From: Mustelus asterias
Taxonomy: Eukaryota
Assembly (NCBI RefSeq): GCF_964213995.1
Contig: NC_135801.1
Span: 26,660,001-26,724,000 of the forward strand
Reading direction: 5' to 3'
Length of the DNA: 64,000 nucleotides
The translations under genes were made by a program, and so were the position numbers. The notes below the pieces were generated by a model. It had not been told where the DNA came from. It made no database searches and worked only from the letters and a program-made list of their open reading frames with translations. Within the stretch, counting starts at the first letter, position 1. Every line of letters begins with the position of its first letter. Shown here piece after piece: positions 24,626 through 35,648 of this stretch.

Positions 24626-26689
24626 AGAGCGAAACATGATGGGCATCTTCATTGGCAGCACTGCACAATTAGGTACTCTATCTAATACACAGGCTTTGTA
24701 TAAAGGTAATTAAATTGCTTATGGAGACTGCAGTGTTAGTGAATACAAGAGACAGATACTGGGAAAAAGTCTGAACTATCATTCTCAAATTCTTGATCTT
24801 ATCTTACTGCTTGGCATGATTTGTGAATGGTCATTCCTATATTCTTTGAAAGGAGAAAATATCATTACTATTCACAGCATGGAAGAGTCGTGAACTTAGC
24901 AGGAAGAATCAGTATTACCCTGACAGGAATCTTAAAGAGAAATGACACAGTGTTACTTTTAACCTAGGATAGAAATTATATAGAAATTCATGGTGCAGTG
25001 CGATGCACAATTCTGTTTGAACACAATGTCAGAACAACAGTTTCAATCCTCATGCTAGATACAAAATACATCATAGGATGTCTTTTTTTGTATTTGATTA
25101 TTTCAAATAACATTTGTTCCAATTTTGTTGTAAACTGTGTATGCTCACAGCAGAGGAATGGGGTTTTGGAGAGGGTGAGGGTTACAAGTCTGAGTAAAGC
25201 AAGGGCCAATTGTGTTCCTGCTTATGGCTGTGGCATTGATATTAAGTCTTGCTGGCCACCTGCCCTTCAGCTATGTCCCTTGGCAGACTTGCTACTCAAA
25301 AATCAAAGGAATACTATTAGAAAACCAGTAACCAGCGAGCAAGTGAAAGGGCTATCAACTCTATTATTCTTTTCTTCCTGAAAGAAAGTACCTGTACCTC
25401 AATCGGCAATTGGCCTCAGTGACATGATTGAAATCAAAAACCTATCATGTGGTTTAATTTGCTCTGTGCATTAGAGCTAGTACATGGTCTTATTGGACAT
25501 TAAAGAGTAGTTACTTTGGGATTTGGGCATTAATGGAGTAGTGGCCATGACGCTTTCCTTACAGTTCAAAGCCTGCTTCTGTCAGTAAATAATTCTGACA
25601 ATATTTTTAGCATATAGATTCTGGTGTTAACACTCATTTGCTTGGTAACTTATTCTTAAACACGTGCAGCATAAAGATTTACTCAGAATCGCTCCTTAAC
25701 TGGCGCATTGCTTTAATTTATCCTATTTAAAGTTAGTTTTAAAACACTGGACAAAGGCAGCTGCTTTTCAGATTTTGAACAGAGCGGAAGACATTGGAAA
25801 AGCTGAAATCTTTCACTAAACTCTGCAGATATAAGTGGTGCATCAAGTCCACCAGTGCTTGATGGTTTGGGAGAAGGGGAACAGAAGTACCAGGAGAAAT
25901 AATCCAGAAGATTTGAGACACAAGACCAAAAATCCTTGTAATATGATAAAAGTGAAAGTAATTTGTCACGATTTTTGTTTTCTATGGCTGGGGAAGCAGT
26001 TATATCTCGATGTTGAAGGGAACAATCCATTCGATGGCTTCAGCTTGTGCATTGTGAATGGTTGCGATGCCAACAAGAATGGATCTCTCAGGGCAGGAGA
26101 TCAGTATATGGGCGATGGTGTGACTAAGATGGCCACCATCACAATTTGAGCTGTCCCTCATGTTCCACTTGTGGCCACACCTTCCCTGGCCCATCCTCAG
26201 GTGGTTGAGGGTTGCCCGTGGAATTGCAACCTGGCATGGGCGAGATGGGCTGAGTGGCCCCTTCTGTGCTGTATCAGTTCTATGGTGACTGGTCTATATG
26301 TTGAAGAAGACCAGTGTGAGGATTGCACCCTGAGGAAGTTGGTTAAACATAGACAGTTGATTTCACCACAAAGATACATGTGGTGTTCTGTCACAGTCAA
26401 CATGAGATTATCTTTTCAAACCAAGTTCACAGTCATTTCCACAAACTTCCGAGTCCCCTAAACATTGGTTAGTTTTCCAGCCTGCGAACTCCATAACAGC
26501 CTCCTCTGAGGGACTAAAGAGTTTTTATCTGCCACATGTCACAACCAATTGAAAGTGGTCTCAGTTGAAGATTCTTTTCTTTAAAGGAAGTATGTTTTGC
26601 CTGAGGTGTAATTTTGCAGCATGAAGCAACGGCCACATTAACCTTTGATTATTTATTATATATAAAATTGTCGGTGTGAGTGTCATCAA

Positions 26690-27045
26690 ACCATTACATC
26701 ATGGAAGGAGGCCAGTCAGCCCATTGAGCCCATGCTAACTCTCCATGGAGAAAACCAATCATTCCCATTCCCCTGCTTTATCCCTGAGGCATTGTTAATT
26801 AGTTTCCCACAAGTGCCCATCCATTTTTTTTTTCCTCAAATCGTTCATCAATTCTGCTTTAACCACCTTCATAAGCTGTAAGTTTCAGGTCAATGCCATT
26901 TACTGCATAAAAATGTTATTCCTCACATCCCCCAGTATCTCTCTTGCATCCTAGTCCTTGTACCATTGGTTAATGGGAACACTTTTGTTTGCTACTTCAT
27001 GTAAACCTGTCATAATCTTGTATATGACTATCAAATCTCCCCTTA
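26690..27045 (-). mobile_element. Old CR1 3' fragment
   Basis: Degenerate match to CR1 ORF2 end and 3'UTR. Confidence 0.6.
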
Positions 27046-27262
27046 TACATTTATATATATGTATTTTATATATATAATATATAAATAAATTGCTGGGTGT
27101 AATAAAATGAAATATATAATATCTAGTTAATTAACAATCTTTCTCAGCTCCTTACACCTATTGTAATGCTTCCAGCATGTATTTATTACCACGATTTGAT
27201 TCTCTAGTTATTGACAAATGTCCGAGGTAAATTTTGCCTAATAATAGTCTTGGATGAACCAC

Positions 27263-27512
27263 TTTTTATTTATTCGTGGGACATGGGCGTCGCTGGCTGG
27301 CCAGCGTTTATTGCCCATCCCTAGTTGCCCTTGAGAAGGTGGTGGTGAGCTGCCTTCTTGAATCGCTGCAGTCCATGTGCTGTGGGTTGACCCACAATGC
27401 CTTTAGGGAGGGAATTCCAGGATTTTGACCCAGCGACTGTGAAGGAACGCCGATGTATTTCTAAGTCAGGATGGTGAGTGGCTTGGAAGGGAACTTGCAG
27501 ACGGTAGTCTTT
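27263..27512 (-). mobile_element. CR1/L2-group LINE 3' end
   Basis: Matches 15790-15890 and 37515-37748 (GGGCAACTAGGGATGGGCAATAAA..GACGCCCATGTCCCACGAATAAATAAAAA). Confidence 0.8.
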
Positions 27513-28247
27513 CCATACAGGTGAATATGGCTGTATCTGTAGTACCCCCGTCTAGAAATTCCTGACAATTTCAAGTAATTGCCAACCATGTTTACATAAT
27601 GCAATATTTGATAATCATATCAATATTTAACACAAAAACAATAATTTTCATTGCTTACTGTGGTATTTTTGGTTTAGTCAGTATACCCTCTTCTGTACAT
27701 CCCTCCAATCACAACAAATTATTGCGATAATTTTGACACACAAACAATGGTCTCCTAAACAAAACAAAAAACTGTGGGTGCTGGAAAGCTGGGGCAATAT
27801 TTTCCAGCCGCATGCGCGCCAAGACTGGAAATTCCCCCCGAAATCAACAGACCTTTAATAGTCTGCTATATTTTCTACAATTCCCATGTGAAACAGTGCC
27901 GGCCAGATCGCAAGAGGCGAGAATCCAGGCCCAAACCTGATCTTTCCGCTCTCTCCCTATCTTACCAGCTCACCATACTGATCGACCAGCGCAGTGAGCC
28001 GGTAAGATCGCACCCAGAATCTTGTGTAAATAACTACCCGCACACTACCTGTCTCGTAGATGAAAATCCAACCCTAAGTATGCAAGTACATGCTGACAGT
28101 TAGGATTCCCACCTGCTGCCAGTGTATACAGTACTGGGAGATCATAGACAACATAAATGTGATTTCCCAACAGGTACTAGTGATGGATGATGCTCTCTGT
28201 CACCAACCCATACTCACAAAATTATCTCTTCCTGCAGCAAACCTTTA

Positions 28248-28283
28248 CTTCTCGGCCTTTTGGCTAAGATCAAGTGTTGTATC
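28248..28283 (+). pseudogene. RNU2: U2 snRNA 5' fragment
   Basis: CTTCTCGGCCTTTTGGCTAAGATCAAGTGTTGTATC vs U2 CTTCTCGGCCTTTTGGCTAAGATCAAGTGTAGTATC. No Sm site or 3' domain, so not a functional gene. Confidence 0.9.
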
Positions 28284-28557
28284 AACATGCTGTGCTTGGT
28301 TGAAGTCATTAGGTTACATTTTAGCTTCATTTGAAGCAATTTTTAAAAGCGGCATCTCGGCCTTTTGGCTAAGATGCAAATGAGATCAAGCCTTGGAGGA
28401 GGAGCTATGCCTACTCCAATCAGCTTGGATCATGTCGATCAAGCCCAAGACAGAAGGTGAGAGCCCTGTCTTGTCAGCTTGGATCCGGAATGTCTCAACT
28501 TGTTGAGGCTCTGAATTGGACTTGATTTGATTGAATTGGAATAAAAACAAAAAAAAA
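28248..28557 (+). mobile_element. U2 snRNA-headed retroposed element (SINEU/Keno-like)
   Basis: U2 nt 5-40 at 28248-28283 (one mismatch), U2 nt 7-27 at 28355-28375, AATAAA and A tail 28540-28557, TSD AAACCTTTACTT (28239-28250, 28555-28566). Confidence 0.8.
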
Positions 28558-28942
28558 CCTTTACTTACTCATCAATGTGAAAAAGATTACAGGAAATGTT
28601 TGGAATATTTTAGAACTGGCCCTTGCATATCACTGCTTTTACAGTAATGTTTAGAATAGCAAATATAATCTATCAGAATTTTATATCTTTGTCAGATATT
28701 CAGCTCTTACTATTGAAAATCTCACCTTACCCTTTGAGCCTTCTGGTACCTCTTCCTCCATACAGACTCTCATACCAATTTTCACAGGCACTCCCCACCA
28801 TTCTACCCCCTTGATCTCAGTCTTACATCGGTCATGATTCCACATCCCATTACCCTATTCTGATCTCCCTTCATCTGTCTTGGAATGGCACTTTCAAACT
28901 CAGCCTTCCTTTCACCCTGAAAGGTCTACAGATGTTGACCTG

Positions 28943-29301
28943 AATCATAGAATTCCTACAGTGCAGAAGAGGCCATTCAGCCCATCAGATCGGCACTGAC
29001 TCTCTGACAGTGTACCTAATTCAGGCCCTCCCCCGCGCTATCCCTGTAACCCCACACATTTATCATGGCTAATCCACCTAACCTACACATTTTGGGACAC
29101 CACAGGGCAATTTAACATGGCCAATCCACCTAAGATGCACATTTTTGGACTGCGGGAGGAAACCAGAGCACCCGGAGGAAACCCACACAGACATGGTGAG
29201 AATGTGCAAACTCTACATAGACAGCGACCCAAGGCTGGAATTGAATCCGGGTCTCTGGCACTATGAGGCATTAGTGCTAACCACTGTGCCATGGTGCCGC
29301 C
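28943..29301 (-). mobile_element. HE1 V-SINE
   Basis: Full-length, reverse orientation. Confidence 0.9.
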
Positions 29302-29689
29302 CATCTGCCTACTCACCTTTACCTCTGATGACTTTGTCATCAGTAAAACCATTAGCCTTCTATCCTGTTCCTTCCCAATGGTCTGGACTCCATCTTCGCT
29401 CTCTCAATTCCAAAGGCACAGACTTGAACATATCAGGTTTGCGACTGGTTTAGCCACCCATCATCAGACCTGGCTGGACCATAACCCTTACATATACTTA
29501 ACCCTTTTGGGACACGTTTTCATAAGAATTAAAGCAGAGCAAGGAAAGAACATTAGTTTATTCAGGCAGTGTGTTCATTCAGAAACATTCTACAGATCTT
29601 TTCACCTAGCCGGTTACATTTCTTAATGCATTCAATGTGTGCAGTGGTCACAGTTTGCAGTATTGCAATGGTTCCCTCACAACGTGTCG

Positions 29690-29949
29690 TGGGGTGGGTT
29701 TTTCCAGTCCTTCCTGCCAGTGGGATCTTGCAGTCTTGAGTCTTGCTGAAGGTGACCCACACCCCAGCCCTCCCCCATACCCCCACCCCACAACCACGTG
29801 GCGGGTTCCGCAGCAGCGGGATGGGTGAGCAATGCAAAACGTTGTGGTCATCAGCGGGACTGGAAGATCCCATCAACAGCCAATGGCAAGCCGCCTCTGC
29901 TGCTCGAGGAGGTAGAGGGGGGGGGGGCGAGTGGGTCCAAAAATCCCAC
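29690..29949. mobile_element. Harbinger-type MITE
   Basis: GGGGTGGGTTTTTCC / AAAAATCCCACC; internal CAGCGGGACTGGAAGATCCC shared with the copy at 31921. Confidence 0.6.
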
Positions 29950-31299
29950 CACTTGTCTTCGCTATTTTAAAAATCAGGAAAAGCATCATGTCATATTCCT
30001 TCTTTATAATTCACGCTGAGACTTTTGACTAGAATCCCCGAGAGGTTGGCCCGAAAAAGATTGGCAATTCAAGAGTTAATTGGGCAAAATCTCTTTCAAA
30101 TTGAAGTTATAAAGGATTGCTGATGATGAATAATTCAAAAGCTGAAGAACTGATGAAGAATAATAATGTGCTTTCTCTGCGTGCTGGCTATATTTTCCTG
30201 TATGGCAGCTGATAAAACAGCTGAATGTGTTTTTCTTTTGCAGGACCAACATAAATCTGAAAACTGATCATTCAGTTCCCCACAAAAGGAGAACGATAAT
30301 AAGAGAAATTAATGTATTTAGTGGCATCACAGATTGCTGGATACAGTGGTACTGTATCAGGCAGTGGGTTTATTGACCTTACAGAAGCTAAAGACATTAT
30401 GCTATGCTAATGAATCTACTTTAGCTAGAACAATTTGATGCTTAACGTGATGCATGTAGCTTCTATCTTCACTGGTGTTAAAATACTAAATGCTTTAATA
30501 TTAATAGTGCCATCAGTCAAATGAAATAAAACAGAAGCTGCAGATTAAGCTAAGTAAGCTGATAGTACAGATGTGTAAAGACTAGCATTGGCAATACTGT
30601 CAGATGCAATTAGTACAGTACCAGTGATACGTTTTTAAAGATGTAGGTGAATATTTTTAGATTTCCTGGTTCTCTTTCTATGAAGAACGCTGTGCAATGC
30701 ATCATAATCTGGCTAAGAGCAGGTGATAGCGACCTATTCCCAGGGCTCTGCCAATTCCACTCTATGATCAACTATAAGATGGTGCATGAGAACAGTCCAA
30801 GGTGACTCCCTCTCTATGTTCCCTTCCTTGTCTGTGGAGAACAACTTGTCCTCTGTTATGCGCATCCCCTCATGAAATAGATGGGAATGAGGATTCGCCG
30901 CATGGGGATTCATGGATGTAAATTCACATTGTGTCATAATGTGGAAGTTTAAGCATCTAGATTCTCCAGGCAACAATCTCTCTGAAGTTGTGTTGAGGTC
31001 ATGCCCAGCGGTGCCCTGTACCATTGACTCTGCTGTGAGGTCAGTGGACAGGCACCTTAATGGCATGGGTTGAATGGGAGCAAGCATCACTTCTGGTGTA
31101 TCTTCAGCAACTGCTTCACCCATCCGCCTGTAGAGGGGTTGGTTATCCAGCGCCCCAACCCAATTCTAGACCAGCTCTAGATATCCACCAAGAAAAGAGA
31201 CTGATCCAATGTATGTTTAAAGAGGTGTCAGGGATTGCGTTCTTAACAGCTGAAAGGAAGAGAAAAAGGTTCTTGTGAAGGCATCAGAGAAGACCGCAT

Positions 31300-31400
31300 T
31301 TCTGAAGAAGAGTCATGTGGACTCAAAACGTTAACTTTGTTTCCCTGTCCACAGTTGCTGCCAGACCTGCTGAATTTATCCAGCATTTTCTGTGTTTATC
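31300..31400 (+). mobile_element. Penelope-like terminal fragment with hammerhead remnant
   Basis: CTGAAGA-AGAGTC-ATGTG-GACTC-AAAA(GAAA)-CG-TT. Confidence 0.6.
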
Positions 31401-31920
31401 TTATATTTTTAATGACATTTGTTCCTCTTTAGGGGTTGCTTGCCAGGCCTGGCCTATACCCATTGAGACCCACCTGTAGCCTTTTTGAGGACAATATCAT
31501 CACTTTACTGGCCCACGACCATTACATCCATTCCATTCCATGGCTAGGGATTGCTAACTTTAGGGAGACCCCTAAGGGGAGACCCAGGGTGATCATTTTC
31601 CTTGCACAGTGTGGACACAAGCCTTGCAAGTTATTGTAACTATCTCTAAATCGGCAGAGATCTCACATAAGAGAATTGGCAGGGAGGGTAACGCTGGTCT
31701 CCCACTAAAGTTACAGAGGACACTGATGAAACCATGAGGAGGTTAAGGCCAAGTCTGTGCCCCTATAGTTTCATAACCACAATGTTTTAAATACGTCATG
31801 ATAGACATTTAAGTACGTATTGTTTGTGCTCACTGAGTCGGGTCTGAATTTCCTTGGAGGCTTTCCAAGATGTCTGTCATAGCCAGTGCAGAAAATTTGT
31901 ACAAACCCAGCAGAAACAAT

Positions 31921-32135
31921 GGGTGGAATTTTCCATGCCCCACCCGCAGCATGCTTGGCCGAGGTGGCCCGCCATTGAGATCTTCCAGTCCCGCCAATGT
32001 CGACGGCCTTTTCTGTTGCTTGCAACCTCCGCTGCTGAGGAACGGATGGGGGCAGTGGGGTAGGAGGGGGGTGTGGGGTCACCATCAGCGGGACTGGAAG
32101 ATCCCGCCAGCATGAAGGGCTGGAAAATTTGGGGC
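31921..32135. mobile_element. Harbinger-type MITE
   Basis: GGGTGGAATTTTCCA / TGGAAAATTTGGGGC, TSD AAT. Confidence 0.68.
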
Positions 32136-32619
32136 AATATAAATTGTGATGCTCAGGAGAACTCGCACAGAAATTCAGCTCTCCCTAGAAATGAAATTGA
32201 GCGTAGAAACAATAGCAGTTTGGGTTCTTTTACTCAGCTTCCCCACTTTGGGGTGTTGTACAAAGCTTTAGTATGATCAAAGCTATTTAATAACTTTCTT
32301 TGGTGCAGACCAGACAGAAGCTCGGTAAACCCAGGCCAAGAATGAACCCAATGGCACAGGTTCAAATGAAGAGCTCTCAAGCGATGAGAACAAATGTTCC
32401 TCAAACAGATGATAAATGGAATAGACTCAAAGCAAAAATATTCAGCTAGATTTTTTGATTTCCTGTCTAATACAAGTCAGGCAGGATTTCTACCCATTTC
32501 CCCAACTCTGGCCCAGATTTAGAGGTCATTGTGCATGGAGGAAGAAGTTCCATCAGAAGCAGGAATCAATCACTGCCAGTTCAGGAATTGTGGGCAGGGA
32601 TGCAGCAAGACAAGTACAT

Positions 32620-33240
32620 CAACAACAACAACAACCTGCACTCATAATTTTAATGTCACACAAAAGTCCTGAAGTCTTCAGTGGCGCCTAATCAAAGAAG
32701 GAGACATTAGGACAGCTGAACAAGAGCTTGGTCAAATAGGCAGGTGTTTAAGGAGAATCTTAAGGAAGGTGAGAGAAGTAGAGAGGTTTAGGGACAGAAT
32801 TCCAGCGTTTAGAGCTTGGACAGGACTGCAATTAGTGAGGCAAAGGAAACCAAGGATGTACAAGAAACCAGAATTGGAGGAGGGCCCATTTCACAAAGGG
32901 ATTGAGGTGATTACAGAGATGGAAAGGGGTGAGGCCATGGAAACATCTGAACACAAGGTTAATTTTTTTTTTTAATTTGAGGCATTGCGAGAGAGGGGAG
33001 CGATGCAGGTCAGTGGCACTGGAGTGATGGTGAGTAGGACTCGGTGTATATTCAAATAATGGCAACAGAGTTTGAGATAAACCCAAGTTTATGCAAGTCA
33101 GAAGATGAGTGGGGGGCAGATGCCAATGCTTTGAGGTAGAAGTAGGCAGTCTTAATGATGGAAAAGATATGGGGTTGGACATTTAGCTCAGGATCAAGTG
33201 AGATACGGAGGTTGTGAACAGCCTCAGACAGTATTCAGCG
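32620..33240 (-). mobile_element. L2 LINE 3' fragment
   Basis: ..INLVFRCFHGLTPFHLCNHL (cf. L2 ILVFKSLHGLAPPYL); (GTT)n 3' end at 32621. Confidence 0.75.
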
Positions 33241-33294
33241 AGGGGAAAGGATTGGTGGCTAAGGAATGGAGATTGTGGAAGGACCAAAGACACT

Positions 33295-33422
33295 GGGTGG
33301 GATTTTCTGGCCACATTCATCCCAAGTCTGGAAAATCCCACCCGAGGTCAATGGAACTTTGCATGGTCCGTGTCCCACATGTCCCGCCCGCTACAATTCC
33401 CGTGTGAGCGGAAATCCTGCCT
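33295..33422. mobile_element. Harbinger-type MITE
   Basis: GGGTGGGATTTTCT / GGAAATCCTGCC; similar to the copy at 48372. Confidence 0.65.
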
Positions 33423-33826
33423 GACTTGTATTGGACAGGAAATCAAAAAATCTAGCGCAATATTTTTGCTTTGAGTCTATTCCATTTATCATCCATGTAA
33501 GGAATCTTTGTTCTCATCGCTTGAGAGCTCTTCATTTGAAACTGTGCCATTGGGTTCATTCTTGGCTTAGGTTTACTGATCCTCTGCTTATCCAGTGCTG
33601 GATGTCGGGCAAGTAACCGGACATCAGAGGCAGTTAAAAATGGGTGTCGTAGTCTTAACTAGGGAGCCTGATGTGTTTATGGATTATATCACTGAGGACC
33701 ACTATATAGGTGAGAAAAATGCCGGGGAGGTTGGGGGGCGGGGGGGGGGGGGGGGGGGGTGCGGGGGAGGGGGAGGAAGGGGGGAGGAGGGGGGGTGGTC
33801 AAGGTTAGATCTGTTCAGAACATTAA

Positions 33827-34552
33827 AGAAGAAAGGACCAGCACTTACATAGTGCCTTTCACTATTGCAGGTGTCCTAAAGTGCATTACAGCCAAAGAAA
33901 TACATGTAGGTATAGAAAACAGGGTGGCACGGTGACAGGGTGGTTAGCACTGCTGCCTCACAACATCAGGGACCCGGGTTCGATTCCTGGCTTGGGTCAC
34001 TGTCTGTGCAGAGTTTGTACATTCTCCCAGTGTCTGCATGGGTTTCCTCCGAGTGCTCCGGTTTCCTCCCACAGTCCAATGATGTGCAGGTTAGGCGGAT
34101 TGGCCATGCTAAATTCTCCATCAGTGTTCCCGAACAGGCGCCAGAGTGTGGCAGCTAGGGGAATTTCATGGTAATTTCGTCGCACTGTTAATGGAAGCCT
34201 ACTTGTGACACTAATAAATAAACTTTAAAAGAAACACAGCAGCGAACCTGCATAGATCAAGATCACACAAAAAGTACTGTAATAATGATCGGATAATCTG
34301 TCCTTATTGGTTGAGGAATAATTATTGTCCAAGTCACCGTGGACAACTTCTGTTCTTCTTCAAAATAGTGTCGAGGGATCTTTCATACTGGTCTGAGAGA
34401 GTAGTTTAAATCAGTTTTAAACAGTTCACCTGATAGATGACACCTGTGACAATGCAGCAGGTTCTCAGTACTGCAGTGTGTGTTAGCCGAGAGTTTGTCT
34501 AACCTTCTGATTGACAGGCAAAAGTGTTATCAGTTTGGTTACAGCTGACACT
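33827..34552 (-). mobile_element. Old Deu-domain SINE (SacSINE1/AmnSINE-like) with L2-type tail
   Basis: Minus strand CAGTACTGAG..GCTGCATTGTC..GGTGTCATC..AAAGATCCC..CACTATTTTGAAGAAGAACAG resembles the Deu domain. Split by a V-SINE. Confidence 0.6.
33922..34227 (+). mobile_element. V-SINE, alternative tail
   Basis: Full-length copy. Confidence 0.88.
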
Positions 34553-35336
34553 AAAGATAACAGAGAGGGAATAGAAGCTATTCCCAAGTGAGGGCAGTTC
34601 CACTCAACTGGCCAAAGGATAAAAACTGACAGAGGAGGAGAGTATAGTTAACTACATGTCAAAGACTGCAAACAGATTGAGAAGAATGAGGAATGCATCA
34701 CGGTCACAGTCAGCATCCAAAAAAGCAGAAATTAGCTTAAATGGGCACGGCCTCCAAAGATTAGAGGAGTATTTTGCTGTTAGATTTACTCTTACTTTAC
34801 GTGACAAAAGAGCAGCACACCTACTGCTAGGCCCTCTCCTACCAGCAGCAGAAGGTCCTATAAGGAGCATCCGTCCACCATCTGCAGCTGCCTCCACAAC
34901 ACCATCCCACCACCCCTACAAACCTCTCTGCTCCCCTAGGGTCAGTGACTTTCCCAGTCAGGGCAGAAGGGTAAGCCCCACTAATCAATTTTCCTATTCT
35001 TTCTATTGCTATCCAGTCTGATTTGAGGAAAGGTATCAGAGGAAAATTCTAGGCCTTGATGTGTTCATTCTCTGCAAAGCTGGATAAATATCTATTTTGG
35101 GAATTGGATTGAGAATTTTCCGGATAACTACCCCCTTCTACCCAATTCAAAGATGGGGCCAGTTCAGGGCTCCTACCTGATGAGAATCCTCGAATGTCCA
35201 GTCTTCCAGAAGTGAGCAGGCAAAACCATAGGCACCTTCGTGGTGAATATAATACTTTCCTCTGAAGCTCGTTCTGTGGAAATCTTTGAATTGGGTTTGA
35301 AGCAAATTATTATCACAGTGATGCATTAAGGAGCTT

Positions 35337-35648
35337 AGAATCATAGAATCCCTACATTCCAGAAGGAGGCCATTCAGCCCATTGAGTCTTTACCGACCAC
35401 AATCCCACCCAGGCTCTATTCCCGTAACCCAACACATTTACCCTGCGATTCCCCCTGACACTAGGGTCAATTTTAACATAGCCAATCAACCTAACCTGCA
35501 CATCTTCAGTCTGTGGGAGGAAACCGGAGCAAACCCACGCAGACATGGGGAGAAAGTGCAAACTCCACACAGACAGTGACCCGAGGCCAGGATTGAACTT
35601 GGGACCCTGGCACTATGAGGCAGCAGTGCTAACCATTGTGCCACCACA
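35337..35648 (-). mobile_element. HE1 V-SINE
   Basis: Full-length; short tandem duplication of its 5' end at ~35629-35677. Confidence 0.9.

Larger units (their letters stand above)
32315..33586. repeat. Long inverted repeat, 176 bp arms (32315-32490 / 33411-33586)
   Basis: Manual ungapped alignment: 15 mismatches in 176 bp. Confidence 0.92.

Noticed and set aside
28248-28283. Functional U2 snRNA gene
   Set aside because: Only nt 5-40 are present, the branch-pairing sequence is mutated, there is no Sm site or 3' stems, and it is flanked by a TSD.
30734-31123. 129 aa minus-strand ORF
   Set aside because: No identifiable motif. Possibly decayed transposon sequence, but I cannot support a call.
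33725-33797. G-quadruplex-like poly-G/C tracts (also 1130-1310, 47815-47870, 53807-53838, 55377-55423)
   Set aside because: Homopolymer expansions, mostly within repeats, with no evidence of function.
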